From contig JBAZWC010000002.1 of NCBI GenBank assembly GCA_041660565.1, positions 217,836 to 281,835 of the forward strand: DNA of 64,000 nucleotides, read 5' to 3'. The notes beneath the pieces were generated by a model, which saw nothing but the letters and a program-made list of their open reading frames with translations, was not told the DNA's origin and did no database searches. Made by a program: the position numbers and the translations under genes. This DNA comes from Patescibacteria group bacterium (GTDB taxonomy: Bacteria > Patescibacteriota > UBA1384 > CAJBMM01). Below are positions 44,543 to 54,579 of the stretch, in pieces (the stretch's first letter is position 1; each line of letters begins with the position of its first letter).

Positions 44543-44866
44543 ATGAGGGGCATGGGACTGATTGTCGGACCAAATAGTTTTATCTCTTGGTGGGTGTTTG
44601 CCGTACCCAAACGCCTGTATCTTTGGGGTATGCGCGTTGTTGGCATGGTGGGCGACACTTTTGCCGTTAAGCAAATGGCCACTCACATTGGCGAGCCGAT
44701 TTTCCAAGATCCAACCTGGCAGGGGCGCTTAATAGGCATCTTTATACGCTTTTTTCGATTAATTGTTGGCTTGCTTCTTGAAGGCGTATTCTTTGTTTTG
44801 GTTTGCGCGGTGGTGATTGGTTGGTATTTATTGCCGTTCTTGGCAGTGTACGAGGTGATCAGATGA
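44543..44866 (+). CDS. small membrane protein, translationally coupled (ATGA) to the downstream Clp-like ATPase
   Basis: 107-aa ORF with two TM helices. Its stop overlaps the clpC start codon. The true start is uncertain. Confidence 0.3.
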   Translation: MRGMGLIVGPNSFISWWVFAVPKRLYLWGMRVVGMVGDTFAVKQMATHIGEPIFQDPTWQGRLIGIFIRFFRLIVGLLLEGVFFVLVCAVVIGWYLLPFLAVYEVIR

Positions 44867-47370
44867 CCGAAGCACCAAATCAATTGCAATTTAAACAAAC
44901 TGCCGCCGAATTTGTGAGCGGATGGAACAGTAGCCGCGCCTTGGCCGGTATTGGTCAGGTAATTGGATTCGGATCTTTGTTGGTTAGTATGCTGGCGTTG
45001 GCTTTGCAAACTTATCGTGGCTGGCTGGATGGGGAGATGCCCATTGTTTCATTGTTTGGCGGCTCTGCGTTGGCGCGGATGATGTGGGTTTTGATTCTAT
45101 TAGACATTGTGGCGGTCTATTTATTGGATGAAATTAGACGTCGAAAAACATATACCTCGAGGGACGATGTATACAACTTTTTAGATCAAAATAGCCGTTC
45201 TTTCCTTGCCCAAGCCTTATCTGTTGCCGACAAAAACAAACAAAAATTAACGGTAAATATGGCGTTGCATTTAATGTTGCAGTCCGGTTCCATGCGATAT
45301 TATTTGGCAAAATTAGAAATTGTTTCGGACTCGGTGTATGAGGCGGTCAAGCAACAAATACCGCTTGATTCGGTGCCTCAGTCTAAAAACGCTATGGAAA
45401 TGGATAACACTTTTCAGCAATATCTATTAGATAGCGCAAATCGTGCCGCGGCCAGAGGCGATAGTTCATTTGGCTTGCCGGACATCTTTTTAACGATTTT
45501 AGAAAAAGACGCCAACATTGCGCAGTTCTTTAGTAAAATTGACATTACGCCTAAGCGTTTTGCGGTGGTGATTAACGATTCGTCAACTCGCGATCATTTA
45601 CTGTCAACTTTTGATCAATTAAAGCAACAGCGCATGCACACCGGGCCGGTTAATCGCGCTTGGACATCTACCCCCACGCCGATGTTGAATCAATTTGGTC
45701 AAGATTTGACTGTTACCGCCTCGGCCGGTGCCATCCCGCTGGTTACAGTGCGACAAAAAGAGGTTGATGAAGCCATTCGAGTGTTGGCGCGTGCTACCAA
45801 AAACAGCTTGTTGTTGGTGGGCGAGCCGGGGGCGGGTAAAGCAACCGTGGTGGATCGCATTGCATTTCAAATGTTGTCCGGGTCCGTGCCCAAAGAGTTA
45901 CAAGATAAACGTTTAGTGCAGCTAGATGCGGCAGCGTTGCATGGATCGCCCGAAGGATTTTCGGTGGCGTTTGAGCAGCTGTTGGCTGAAACCGAGCGTT
46001 CGGGTAACGTCATCTTGTTTATTCCCAGTTTGCAAGATTTAGCTAGCGAGCAAACATCCGGAGTTGCGGTTGCTGAATTGTTATTGCCATTGCTTGATCG
46101 CGCTAGAATGCAGGTGATTGGCGCTACTACCATCAAGCAGTATCGCGAGGAAATTGAGCCCAATGTTAGCTTTGCCAAAGCGTTTGGGGTGGTGCAGATT
46201 AACGAAATGTCGCCGGATCAGGCTATGACCGTGCTAGAAGAAACGGCGTTAGAGCTTGAGGGCCAGCACCACGTTAAAATTTCGCTCAAAGCAATTGAAG
46301 CCGCGGTTACCTTATCCGCTAAATTTATTCACGACCGGGTGCTGCCCGAGAAGGCGATTGATATTTTGGATGAGGCATCAGCGATGGCCAGTGCTGCCAA
46401 AAAAGCCGAGGTAACCGAAGCTGACGTGCAGACAGTAATCAGCCAAAAAACCAATGTGCCAACCGAGGCGATAGGTCAGAATGAGCAATCAACCTTACTA
46501 GATTTGGAGAAGATTATTGGGTCCAGGGTGGTGGGTCAGGTTGAGGCGGTACAGGCGGTGTCTAAGGCGCTACGAAGGGCTAGGGCGGGCTTATCTGATA
46601 GTAATAGACCAATTGGCACCTTCTTGTTTGTGGGGCCAACTGGCGTGGGTAAGACCGAATTGGCCAAGGCGTTAGCTTCTAGTTATTTTAAGGGTGAGGA
46701 TACAATGGTGCGGTTGGATATGTCCGAATTTCAGTCGGCCGCTTCGTTAGTCGATTTAATTGGCCAGAATAATAAAGAAGGCGTGTTAACCGGACCGGTG
46801 CGCAATCGTCCGTTCTGTTTATTACTGCTAGATGAGTTTGAAAAAGCCTGTGATGAAGTGCGCAACTTATTCCTATCCATATTTGACGACGGGCGCATTA
46901 CCGATGGCAACGGCCACTTAATTGACTTTAAAAACTGTATAATTATTGCCACATCTAACGCCGGTTCACTCGAGATACAGCAGGCGATACAGTCAAACGT
47001 GCCTTACACCGACATTCAGAAAAAGCTTGGTTCAACTTTATTGCCGCAGATTTTTCGCCCCGAGCTACTCAACCGTTTTGACGGCATTATTGTGTTCAAA
47101 CCTCTCACCGCTGACGAAATTCTCAAGATTGCCAAATTACAAGTCGAAGCGGTAATTAAGCAGACAGAAGCCACGTCTGGGGTAAAACTGGCTGTTACCG
47201 ACGCGGTGATACAAAAACTAGCCACCGATGGTTTTGATCCTACGATGGGTGGGCGTCCGCTACGTCGAGTAGTTCAAGACGAGTTGGAATCGCCATTAGC
47301 CAACAAAATCATCGCCGGCAACGCCAAGCGTGGCGACCAAATTACGATTGATGTTGGAGACCTCGGGTAG
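44863..47370 (+). CDS. ClpC/ClpB-like double-AAA+ chaperone ATPase with an N-terminal two-TM membrane anchor
   Basis: Walker A GEPGAGKAT in NBD1 and GPTGVGKT in NBD2, plus a ClpB_D2-small C-terminus. About 90 aa with two hydrophobic helices precede the Clp N-domain. The ATG at 44863 has SD GAGGTG. Confidence 0.8.
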   Translation: MTEAPNQLQFKQTAAEFVSGWNSSRALAGIGQVIGFGSLLVSMLALALQTYRGWLDGEMPIVSLFGGSALARMMWVLILLDIVAVYLLDEIRRRKTYTSRDDVYNFLDQNSRSFLAQALSVADKNKQKLTVNMALHLMLQSGSMRYYLAKLEIVSDSVYEAVKQQIPLDSVPQSKNAMEMDNTFQQYLLDSANRAAARGDSSFGLPDIFLTILEKDANIAQFFSKIDITPKRFAVVINDSSTRDHLLSTFDQLKQQRMHTGPVNRAWTSTPTPMLNQFGQDLTVTASAGAIPLVTVRQKEVDEAIRVLARATKNSLLLVGEPGAGKATVVDRIAFQMLSGSVPKELQDKRLVQLDAAALHGSPEGFSVAFEQLLAETERSGNVILFIPSLQDLASEQTSGVAVAELLLPLLDRARMQVIGATTIKQYREEIEPNVSFAKAFGVVQINEMSPDQAMTVLEETALELEGQHHVKISLKAIEAAVTLSAKFIHDRVLPEKAIDILDEASAMASAAKKAEVTEADVQTVISQKTNVPTEAIGQNEQSTLLDLEKIIGSRVVGQVEAVQAVSKALRRARAGLSDSNRPIGTFLFVGPTGVGKTELAKALASSYFKGEDTMVRLDMSEFQSAASLVDLIGQNNKEGVLTGPVRNRPFCLLLLDEFEKACDEVRNLFLSIFDDGRITDGNGHLIDFKNCIIIATSNAGSLEIQQAIQSNVPYTDIQKKLGSTLLPQIFRPELLNRFDGIIVFKPLTADEILKIAKLQVEAVIKQTEATSGVKLAVTDAVIQKLATDGFDPTMGGRPLRRVVQDELESPLANKIIAGNAKRGDQITIDVGDLG

Positions 47371-47375
47371 GAAGC

Positions 47376-47470
47376 ACCAAAAACGGTTAGGGAGATTAGG
47401 GACTTTAGGGATTTTGGGAGACCATCGGTTATCCCAACCGCCCTAATCACCCTAAAACCCCTAACCGTCT
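47376..47470. repeat. family C, copy 4 (between convergent clpC-like and response regulator genes)
   Basis: CGGTTAGGGAGATTAGGGACTTTAGGGATTTTGGGAG ... TCCCAACCGCCCTAATCACCCTAAAACCCCTAACCG. Confidence 0.55.
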
Positions 47471-47483
47471 TTAGAATTTTGGC

Positions 47484-47870
47484 TTAGACGGCTGGTTTTT
47501 GTTCCGGCCCTAGATAGCGATTTAACACTTCTACTACCATGCCTGGCTCATACTCAGCTTTAACTAGATAATTTACAGCGCCAAGTGACTTAGCTTTCTC
47601 ACCGCTGGTATGTTCGGGCAAGTTGGTGGTCATAAATACCGGAATACTCTGTGTCTCTGGGTCTTCTTTTAGTATCTTTAACACATCAAAACCGTTAATC
47701 TTTGGCATAATAATATCTAGCAAAATGATGTCAGGCTTCTCATGTTTGGCAATTTCAATACCCGCAGTGCCAGATAGGGCAGTAAATACTTTGTACTGGC
47801 TTTGCTCCAGTTTAATCTTGTACATCTCAATAATGGCTGGTTCGTCATCGATGATTAGAATGCTGTGCAT
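47484..47870 (-). CDS. single-domain response regulator (CheY-like receiver)
   Basis: MHSILIIDDEP...DIILLDIIMPKINGFDVLKILKED...K. Confidence 0.85.
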   Translation of the reverse strand: MHSILIIDDEPAIIEMYKIKLEQSQYKVFTALSGTAGIEIAKHEKPDIILLDIIMPKINGFDVLKILKEDPETQSIPVFMTTNLPEHTSGEKAKSLGAVNYLVKAEYEPGMVVEVLNRYLGPEQKPAV

Positions 47871-47962
47871 AATATTTTCTCCTTCTCATTATCAATATAT
47901 GGACAATTTATTATAAAGTAAAGCCGGTTAAGACTTTAGGCGAATCAAGAAACTCAAGGGAT

Positions 47963-49243
47963 TTACCTTGGGAGTGAAAAGAAGAATGTTGATCCTTGAT
48001 TCTCTTTGCTCTCTACCCAAATTTTGCCTTGATGGCGGGTAATGATTACTTTGGCGATGTACAGACCAAGACCGGTTCCGCGAGTGTCCATAGATAGCAC
48101 ATTGCCGCTGCGGAAAAAGCGTTGGAACAATTTGGGAATATCGGCCGATGGTATACCAACCCCGTTATCACTAACCGAAACTACCACGTCTTTTGGCCTA
48201 GTCTCAATTTTAACCACAATTTTGCCTCTAGGATTGGTGTATTTGATGGCGTTATCAATTAAGTTCTGCACCACTTGAGTAATTTTTTCTCCATCCATAT
48301 TTAGAGTAGGAGTGCTACTAGAAGGTTTTTCAAAAACGATGTCAATTTTACGCTCAACCGCCAGTGTTTTCATCTCTTCCACCGCACTTTGTACTACTGC
48401 GGTAATGTTAGTCTGGGAAAAGTTAAGCACAATTTTGCGTTCTTCTAACCTGGAAATTGATAATAGCTCGGTAATGAGATTAACCATTTTTTTAGTAGAT
48501 TCCAATGTCTGATTTAGAAAATAATGCTGTTTTTCGTTAATCTTGCCTAAATCACCTTGCATCAACATGGATAAATGGCCGCGAATAATTGAAAGTGGGG
48601 TGAATAATTGGTGTGAGGTCATAGAAACAAACTCGTGTTCCATTGATTCAGCCTCGTGAATTTTGGTCAGATCTCGAATCAAAATCAAACTAGCGCCTCT
48701 GTGACCCGGGAATTTTTTAGCTTTGGTGCATCGTACGCCCACATCAATATGTTGACCGTCTTTGGTTAACATCTGCACTTCTTCGTAATGCGTTGGATTC
48801 TCCTCGGTTAAAAAACCAAGACCAAATGCAATACCGGTCTCTTTGTATTTCTCGGTGCGGAAGATATCGGGGCAGTAATGGCCAACCGCGTCAGCGGCGG
48901 TATATCCCGAAATATCTGTCATAGCCTCGTTAATGCGTAAAATGTTATTATTCTTATCTAAAACAATGATGCCATCGTGAGTTAGGGCAAAAAAGGCCAT
49001 ATGGCGATCACGCTGAAATCTTAGTTCTCGGCTGTCTTCTTCTAGCTGTTTTTGATCGTTAACGCTGCCTTTGCCTGATTCTAAAGCCCGAATTGTCCAA
49101 TACGCCGCTAGCAATATTGCTAATACGGCGCTAAGCTTCTCTTCTAGCGAATAATCTTGCGCTATAATACCAAAATAGACGTAGGTAAGAGTTAGTATCC
49201 AAATTAATGCGTCAAACGCACTGCGAATTTGTCTAGGTGTCAT
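47963..49243 (-). CDS. sensor histidine kinase (membrane anchor + PAS + HisKA + HATPase_c)
   Basis: PAS (FFALTHDGIIVLDKNNNILRINEAMTDISGY), H-box MTSHQLFTP, and the N/G1/G2 boxes (NLIDNAIKYT, DNGVGIP, GTGLGLYIAK). Confidence 0.85.
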   Translation of the reverse strand: MTPRQIRSAFDALIWILTLTYVYFGIIAQDYSLEEKLSAVLAILLAAYWTIRALESGKGSVNDQKQLEEDSRELRFQRDRHMAFFALTHDGIIVLDKNNNILRINEAMTDISGYTAADAVGHYCPDIFRTEKYKETGIAFGLGFLTEENPTHYEEVQMLTKDGQHIDVGVRCTKAKKFPGHRGASLILIRDLTKIHEAESMEHEFVSMTSHQLFTPLSIIRGHLSMLMQGDLGKINEKQHYFLNQTLESTKKMVNLITELLSISRLEERKIVLNFSQTNITAVVQSAVEEMKTLAVERKIDIVFEKPSSSTPTLNMDGEKITQVVQNLIDNAIKYTNPRGKIVVKIETRPKDVVVSVSDNGVGIPSADIPKLFQRFFRSGNVLSMDTRGTGLGLYIAKVIITRHQGKIWVESKENQGSTFFFSLPR

Positions 49244-49299
49244 ATTTTTATTATAGGGTGGTAGCGTAGAAAAGTATAGGGACGTGATTCAATTCACCT

Positions 49300-50088
49300 T
49301 TGCTAAAGATTCTGGTACGATTAATAGGTAATATTTGGAGAAGGATGGGGCAGTTTTTCAACGTGCTATTGTGGGAATTCTACGGAATCGGATACGACGC
49401 TATTTCGGTATCTTTACCTCATCGATACCTGCGACAAGAAGTAATTAAATTGATTGATGCTCAGGGTCGCGTCCATTCCGTAATGGATGTAGGGTGTGGG
49501 ACGGGCACTCTTTTACTTGAACTTTCCTCGCATCATTCTGAGATCAAGCTATCGGGGATTGATTTTTCATGGGTGATGCTTACTCTGGCTCGGATCAAAA
49601 AATTTTTGTGGAACAGAAAAATAACATTCTCTCGATTATCAATTAGCGAATTAGATCAAGTATCAAATGAGAGTGCTAACGTTGTTGTTTCGGTTAACGC
49701 AATTTTCGCCACAAATGACCCAGCCCCCGTTTTAACACAGATTAATCGAATATTAACCACAAACGGCAGGTTGGTTTTAGTTACCCCGTCTGATAACTTT
49801 AGTTTTGGTAGAATGTTGAAATTGCATCGACAAATTTTTAGAAAACTCACCGTTATTCAAAAAATTGCACTCAGTTTGTTCACAATTTTAACAATACCGC
49901 TATGGATCATTGTTTGCGTTGCCAACGTGATTATTGATGTGTTAGCGACAAGGGGACATTACCAGTTTGGCAAGTTAGACGACGTTGTTAACGTGGTGTC
50001 TAACGCTGGTTTTAAGATTATTTCTCAAACTGCTTTTCTTGATGGCCAAGAGCTAACAGTTGTAGCACAAAAGATGGGTGCAGTATGA
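49300..50088 (+). CDS. class I SAM-dependent methyltransferase
   Basis: Motif I VMDVGCGTGTLLLEL. First gene of a coupled three-gene operon (ATGA overlaps). Confidence 0.6.
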   Translation: MLKILVRLIGNIWRRMGQFFNVLLWEFYGIGYDAISVSLPHRYLRQEVIKLIDAQGRVHSVMDVGCGTGTLLLELSSHHSEIKLSGIDFSWVMLTLARIKKFLWNRKITFSRLSISELDQVSNESANVVVSVNAIFATNDPAPVLTQINRILTTNGRLVLVTPSDNFSFGRMLKLHRQIFRKLTVIQKIALSLFTILTIPLWIIVCVANVIIDVLATRGHYQFGKLDDVVNVVSNAGFKIISQTAFLDGQELTVVAQKMGAV

Positions 50089-50420
50089 TTACTGACATAT
50101 GGAACATGGCAATCGATCAATATCATGTTAATCCGATAATCTTTATTGTTATTTATGTCGTTACCTACATACCTTGCTGGTTGATTGTGTTTAAAATCGT
50201 CAAAATGTTTAAGCATAAAAATACCGAATCGTTGTATTTCTACATTTTGTTGGAATTGGCTTTGCTACTTATGCCGTATCTATATGTATTATTATTTGGG
50301 CGTAATTTACCCATTTGGGCCTATCTGCTCCTATTTGTACTAATTATTATGTCAGTTAACAGTACGTATCGGTATTGCGTTAAATTACTCAAAAATAAAA
50401 AAACAGGGAAACAAATATGA
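50085..50420 (+). CDS. small polytopic membrane protein
   Basis: Three TM helices. Its start and stop codons overlap both neighbours. Confidence 0.4.
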   Translation: MITDIWNMAIDQYHVNPIIFIVIYVVTYIPCWLIVFKIVKMFKHKNTESLYFYILLELALLLMPYLYVLLFGRNLPIWAYLLLFVLIIMSVNSTYRYCVKLLKNKKTGKQI

Positions 50421-51952
50421 GTGTTCAAGATATTATATTAAACCGGCCAAAGCTGGCTTGTTGGCTACTTTCCAAACTGCCCGCCGCGTATTGGTCAAAA
50501 GAGGGAGAAAAGCTGGCGTGTGATATTGCCAATCAAACTATCCGCGAAGTTAAAGCATATCAACAATTTTTATCAGACCACAGTAAAAGCATAAAATCAG
50601 TATCATCGATTAGAGATTTTGAAACCCTACCGGTAATGGATAAAGATAATTATATCGCTAAATACAAAACTGACGATACTTTGATACAGAACCATATATC
50701 GGAAAATTATGCCATTGAAAGAAGCTCTGGTCATAGCGGCGAAGCGCAATACTGGCCAAGAGACGCTGTAGTTGACAGTTTTTTTGCAAAATATATCGAA
50801 ATTGCCTTCAACCAGGCCTACAAAATTAGCCAAAAATCATCTTTGGTGGTTTTAACCTTTGCTTTGGGTACATGGACAACCGGCGAAAAAACAGCCGACG
50901 CATTAAGAAAACTCGCTGCTACGGGTAGATATCGGTTGTCAGTAATTACTCCGGGGGCAAATTTGGCTGAATCGGTCGAAATTTTACAGAGATTATCAAA
51001 TCAGTATGATCAGACAATCATTATTGGGTATCCGCCGTTTGTTAGATCGATTGTTGACGGTGCTATCGAAGCTGGGATAGATTTATCGAAGTTAAATATT
51101 AAAATTGGGCTTGGTGGTGAAGGTCATTCTTTGTTCTGGAAGAAAGATATATCAAAAAAACTTCATATTTCATCTAACGATTTGACGTCCATCTCAAGCG
51201 CATATGGAGCCGCCGATGTCGGTATAGGGATCGGTAGAGAATATCCGATTTCAATATTGATTAGGCAGTTGGCATCGGATAATAAAAAATTAGCCAATGA
51301 TTTATTCGGACAGTCTGATGTTCTGCCGGGTTTATATCAGTTCAACAACTCGTCATACGTTGAGGCGGTAAATGGAGAGTTGATTTTTACTGCCATGAAC
51401 GGTATCCCGGTGGTAAGATATAATATCCACGACCGCGGTGGGGTGATAAAATACAATCAGATGCTGAAGATATTGCTTGAGCATGGCATCGACATCAGAA
51501 AAATGCTTCAGGAACGCCATTATACATCGGCTGATGTATGGCGTTTGCCGTTCTTTTACGTATTTGGACGCACTGATGGTACGATTTCGTTCGGGGGCGC
51601 GAATATTTATCCAGAGAACATTGAAAACGCTTTGATTTCAAGTAATCAAAGTCAGCTGGTAAGCGCGTTCAAATTAGGTGTTGAAAAATCAAAATCAGGA
51701 AAAGAATGCCTAGTTGTTCACATCGAACTAAAGCAGAAAAGTTCGGTTGAATCTGAGGGTGAAAAAAAACGTCTCGCGACTACATTACATCAGGTGGTGG
51801 TGGAAAAACTAAAAGAGATCAATACTGATTATAGTGACGTATATCAGTTTGATCCCAAGTCTGCCGACATCGAAATTCGAGTATGCGATTATGGAACCAG
51901 CCCGTTTATGTTGGACAATAAAAAGATTAAAAGAAACTACCTATTAAAATAA
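50417..51952 (+). CDS. adenylate-forming enzyme of the PaaK/CapK/F390-synthetase-like (ANL) family
   Basis: The ERSSGHSGEAQYWPRD region resembles the SSGTTG-P adenylation motif of PaaK-like ligases. The length and C-terminal domain fit that family. Confidence 0.4.
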   Translation: MSVQDIILNRPKLACWLLSKLPAAYWSKEGEKLACDIANQTIREVKAYQQFLSDHSKSIKSVSSIRDFETLPVMDKDNYIAKYKTDDTLIQNHISENYAIERSSGHSGEAQYWPRDAVVDSFFAKYIEIAFNQAYKISQKSSLVVLTFALGTWTTGEKTADALRKLAATGRYRLSVITPGANLAESVEILQRLSNQYDQTIIIGYPPFVRSIVDGAIEAGIDLSKLNIKIGLGGEGHSLFWKKDISKKLHISSNDLTSISSAYGAADVGIGIGREYPISILIRQLASDNKKLANDLFGQSDVLPGLYQFNNSSYVEAVNGELIFTAMNGIPVVRYNIHDRGGVIKYNQMLKILLEHGIDIRKMLQERHYTSADVWRLPFFYVFGRTDGTISFGGANIYPENIENALISSNQSQLVSAFKLGVEKSKSGKECLVVHIELKQKSSVESEGEKKRLATTLHQVVVEKLKEINTDYSDVYQFDPKSADIEIRVCDYGTSPFMLDNKKIKRNYLLK

Positions 51953-51959
51953 GAGAAAT

Positions 51960-54071
51960 ATGTTACAGATTTTATTATTAACCATCGTTTCAGCGGTCAA
52001 CATATACCTTGCCTTTTTGGTTTGTCTAAAAGGTAAAGATAAAGTAATAAACTACTATTTTGGTGTGCTAGTAACTTTTATGGTGCTGTGGATGGTGACA
52101 AACTATCTATGTGACAATCCGATTATGCCGGCATGGGCTCTGTTTTGGAATAGATTGACCTTTGCTGTGGCCAGTGGATTAATTATGTCTTTCTTCCTTT
52201 TCTCTTGGAACTTTCCTCGAAATATCTTTGATTTTGGCCGTCATGTTACTACGATTGGGGTCATCTTGACTTTGGTTGTGGCCACGTTGTCGGTTTCAAC
52301 CAACACTATTATCAAATCGGTTGATTATTACAGCTGGGGAACAAACGCCGTTCCGGGTACGCTATATCCTTTATTTTTAATCCTTTTTGCGGTCTTTGTC
52401 GGCTTGGGTTTTTATAGTCAAATTGTAAAATTCATCCGATCTCGCGGTAAATCACGGTCTCAGCTAGCCTTTTTGTTTTTAGGATTACTACTCTCGGCGG
52501 TTGGTGTTAGTGTGTTTGGCATAATTATCCCAATCATCACCGGTTTGACGAACTATGGTAAGACTGGAGTGTACTCGCTGGTTATCTTCACCGCTCTAAC
52601 TTCGTACGCTATCATTGAGCATCATCTTTTCGATATTAGGTTTATTATCAAGCGCACCATTGTTTACTCGGTGCTGCTATCGTTTGTGTTAATGACCTAC
52701 GCGTTAGTTGTATTCTTTTCATCTCAAATAATCGGTGGAGACCTGTCGTTTGGTATCAAATCGTTCGCGCCAAACATTATCGCAGCGTTGTTAATAGCCG
52801 TTGGATTTGATCCGCTGAAACAATGGTTGTCCAAAGTAACTGACAAATATCTGTTCAAAGGTGAATACGATACACAAGAAGTGGCAAAAAAACTGGCCAA
52901 GCAGCTCTCAAATGTGGTCAGCTTAGATGAGGCATTGGACACTACAATGTCAATTGTGGCTGACGAAATGCGCATCAGTAGAGTGGCAACGATCATATTA
53001 CGTCGTATCGAAAAAGATACGGTGGTAAAGCGAGTTAAATCAACTGGTTATAGCAATGTGGTTAAATTGGAAGATAAGCCAATTGGATTTCTGGTTGACT
53101 ATTTGACTAAACATCCGGTAATGGTGGTTGTTGAAGACTTACGCGATGATCTTAGCAAGACCGCTATCAATCGCACTGTCATCAATGGAGTGATCTCGCA
53201 AATTGATCAATTTCAGGCGGTGGTGGCGCTGCCAATTCAGGTTAGTGGGGCGGTTATTGGTATTATGCTGGTTGGCGAAAAGTTGTCCGGTGACAGCTTT
53301 GATGAAGAAGACTTTGACACTTTAGAGCTGGTGGCGAATCAAACCGCGTTGTCAATTGAGAAAGCTCAATTTTATGAGGAAGATAAGTTAAAATCTGAAT
53401 TTATTTCTATCGCTTCTCATGAACTGCTCACCCCAACCGCAGCGATTGAAGGATATTTGTCGATGTTGCTGGACGAAAAGGCGGTGCCAACCAAAGAGCA
53501 GGCACATTTATATGCCACGCAGGCGTATCAAAGTAGTCGTCGTTTGGCCGATTTAGTCAAAGATTTGCTTTCTATCTCTCGAATTGAGAGTGGTAGATTA
53601 AAGATTACGGCAGTACCGATGGATTTGGTGCCAAGCATTGAACAAGCAACATCGGAATTAGCTAATATCGCCAAGGAAAAAGGATTGAAGCTAACCTTTG
53701 TTAAGCCGGGTGCTGGTTTGCCAAAGGTAGTCGCAGATCCCGATCGGGTGTTACAGATCTGCGTGAATTTAATTAGTAACGCCATTAAATATTCAATGAA
53801 GGGTGAAATAAAAGTATCGGCTGTGCCTAAAAAAGATCATGTTTTAGTATCTGTGCAAGATAATGGCATTGGTATTTCAAAGACAGATCAACAGCATTTG
53901 TTTGAGAAATTTCATCGCATTGATAATGCTAAAACAAGCGGGATTATGGGAACAGGCTTGGGGTTGTACATCACCAAAAATTTGGTAACATTGCTTGGTG
54001 GTGAGATGAAAGTGGTAAGCGAACCGGACAAAGGTAGCGTGTTTAGCTTTACTCTACCAATGTCAAAATGA
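51960..54071 (+). CDS. membrane sensor histidine kinase (7TM receptor-like N-terminus + GAF + HisKA + HATPase_c)
   Basis: Seven N-terminal TM helices, a GAF-like region, H-box IASHELLTPTAAIEGY, NLISNAIKYS and GTGLGLYITK. Confidence 0.8.
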   Translation: MLQILLLTIVSAVNIYLAFLVCLKGKDKVINYYFGVLVTFMVLWMVTNYLCDNPIMPAWALFWNRLTFAVASGLIMSFFLFSWNFPRNIFDFGRHVTTIGVILTLVVATLSVSTNTIIKSVDYYSWGTNAVPGTLYPLFLILFAVFVGLGFYSQIVKFIRSRGKSRSQLAFLFLGLLLSAVGVSVFGIIIPIITGLTNYGKTGVYSLVIFTALTSYAIIEHHLFDIRFIIKRTIVYSVLLSFVLMTYALVVFFSSQIIGGDLSFGIKSFAPNIIAALLIAVGFDPLKQWLSKVTDKYLFKGEYDTQEVAKKLAKQLSNVVSLDEALDTTMSIVADEMRISRVATIILRRIEKDTVVKRVKSTGYSNVVKLEDKPIGFLVDYLTKHPVMVVVEDLRDDLSKTAINRTVINGVISQIDQFQAVVALPIQVSGAVIGIMLVGEKLSGDSFDEEDFDTLELVANQTALSIEKAQFYEEDKLKSEFISIASHELLTPTAAIEGYLSMLLDEKAVPTKEQAHLYATQAYQSSRRLADLVKDLLSISRIESGRLKITAVPMDLVPSIEQATSELANIAKEKGLKLTFVKPGAGLPKVVADPDRVLQICVNLISNAIKYSMKGEIKVSAVPKKDHVLVSVQDNGIGISKTDQQHLFEKFHRIDNAKTSGIMGTGLGLYITKNLVTLLGGEMKVVSEPDKGSVFSFTLPMSK

Positions 54072-54127
54072 AAAATGTGATAGTATATAGTTAGTCGGAA
54101 GCGACATGGTAATAAGCAGGAGGGAAA

Positions 54128-54520
54128 ATGTCTGAATTAAACGGTAAAACAGTGTTAGTGGTGGACGATGACGAGTCGTTGCGTCAGATGTACCGTTTGC
54201 GTCTAGAAGCGTCCGGATACGCCGTTGTAGAGGCAACCAATGGGGAAGAAGCGATGGCTAGAGCAGTAGATACCCAGCCAAGCTGTATTTTACTAGACAT
54301 TATGATGCCAAGAGTAAACGGCTTTGACGTGTTAGACATTCTTAAGACAACCGCATCAACTAAAAAAATTCCGGTGGTGGTATTGACTGCTTTAATGCAA
54401 GACGACGCTCGTAAGCGCGTACAAAACGCCGGTGCGGCGGCTTGTCTGGTTAAATCCGAAGTAGTACCGGCGCAAGTGGTAGCTACGATTGACGCCGTGT
54501 TAGCCAAACCAACAACATAA
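54128..54520 (+). CDS. single-domain response regulator (CheY-like)
   Basis: VLVVDDDES...ILLDIMMPRVNGFDVLDILK...K. Confidence 0.85.
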   Translation: MSELNGKTVLVVDDDESLRQMYRLRLEASGYAVVEATNGEEAMARAVDTQPSCILLDIMMPRVNGFDVLDILKTTASTKKIPVVVLTALMQDDARKRVQNAGAAACLVKSEVVPAQVVATIDAVLAKPTT

Positions 54521-54579
54521 CAATTATCCTTTTGACAGTGGGGGGTTAAGGGGTTTTGCAGAAGTAATAAGGAGAGTTT

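Noticed and set aside
45619-46178. Minus-strand ORFs (83 and 103 aa) within the clpC-like gene
   Set aside because: They are antisense to a well-supported AAA+ coding region and have no independent signals.
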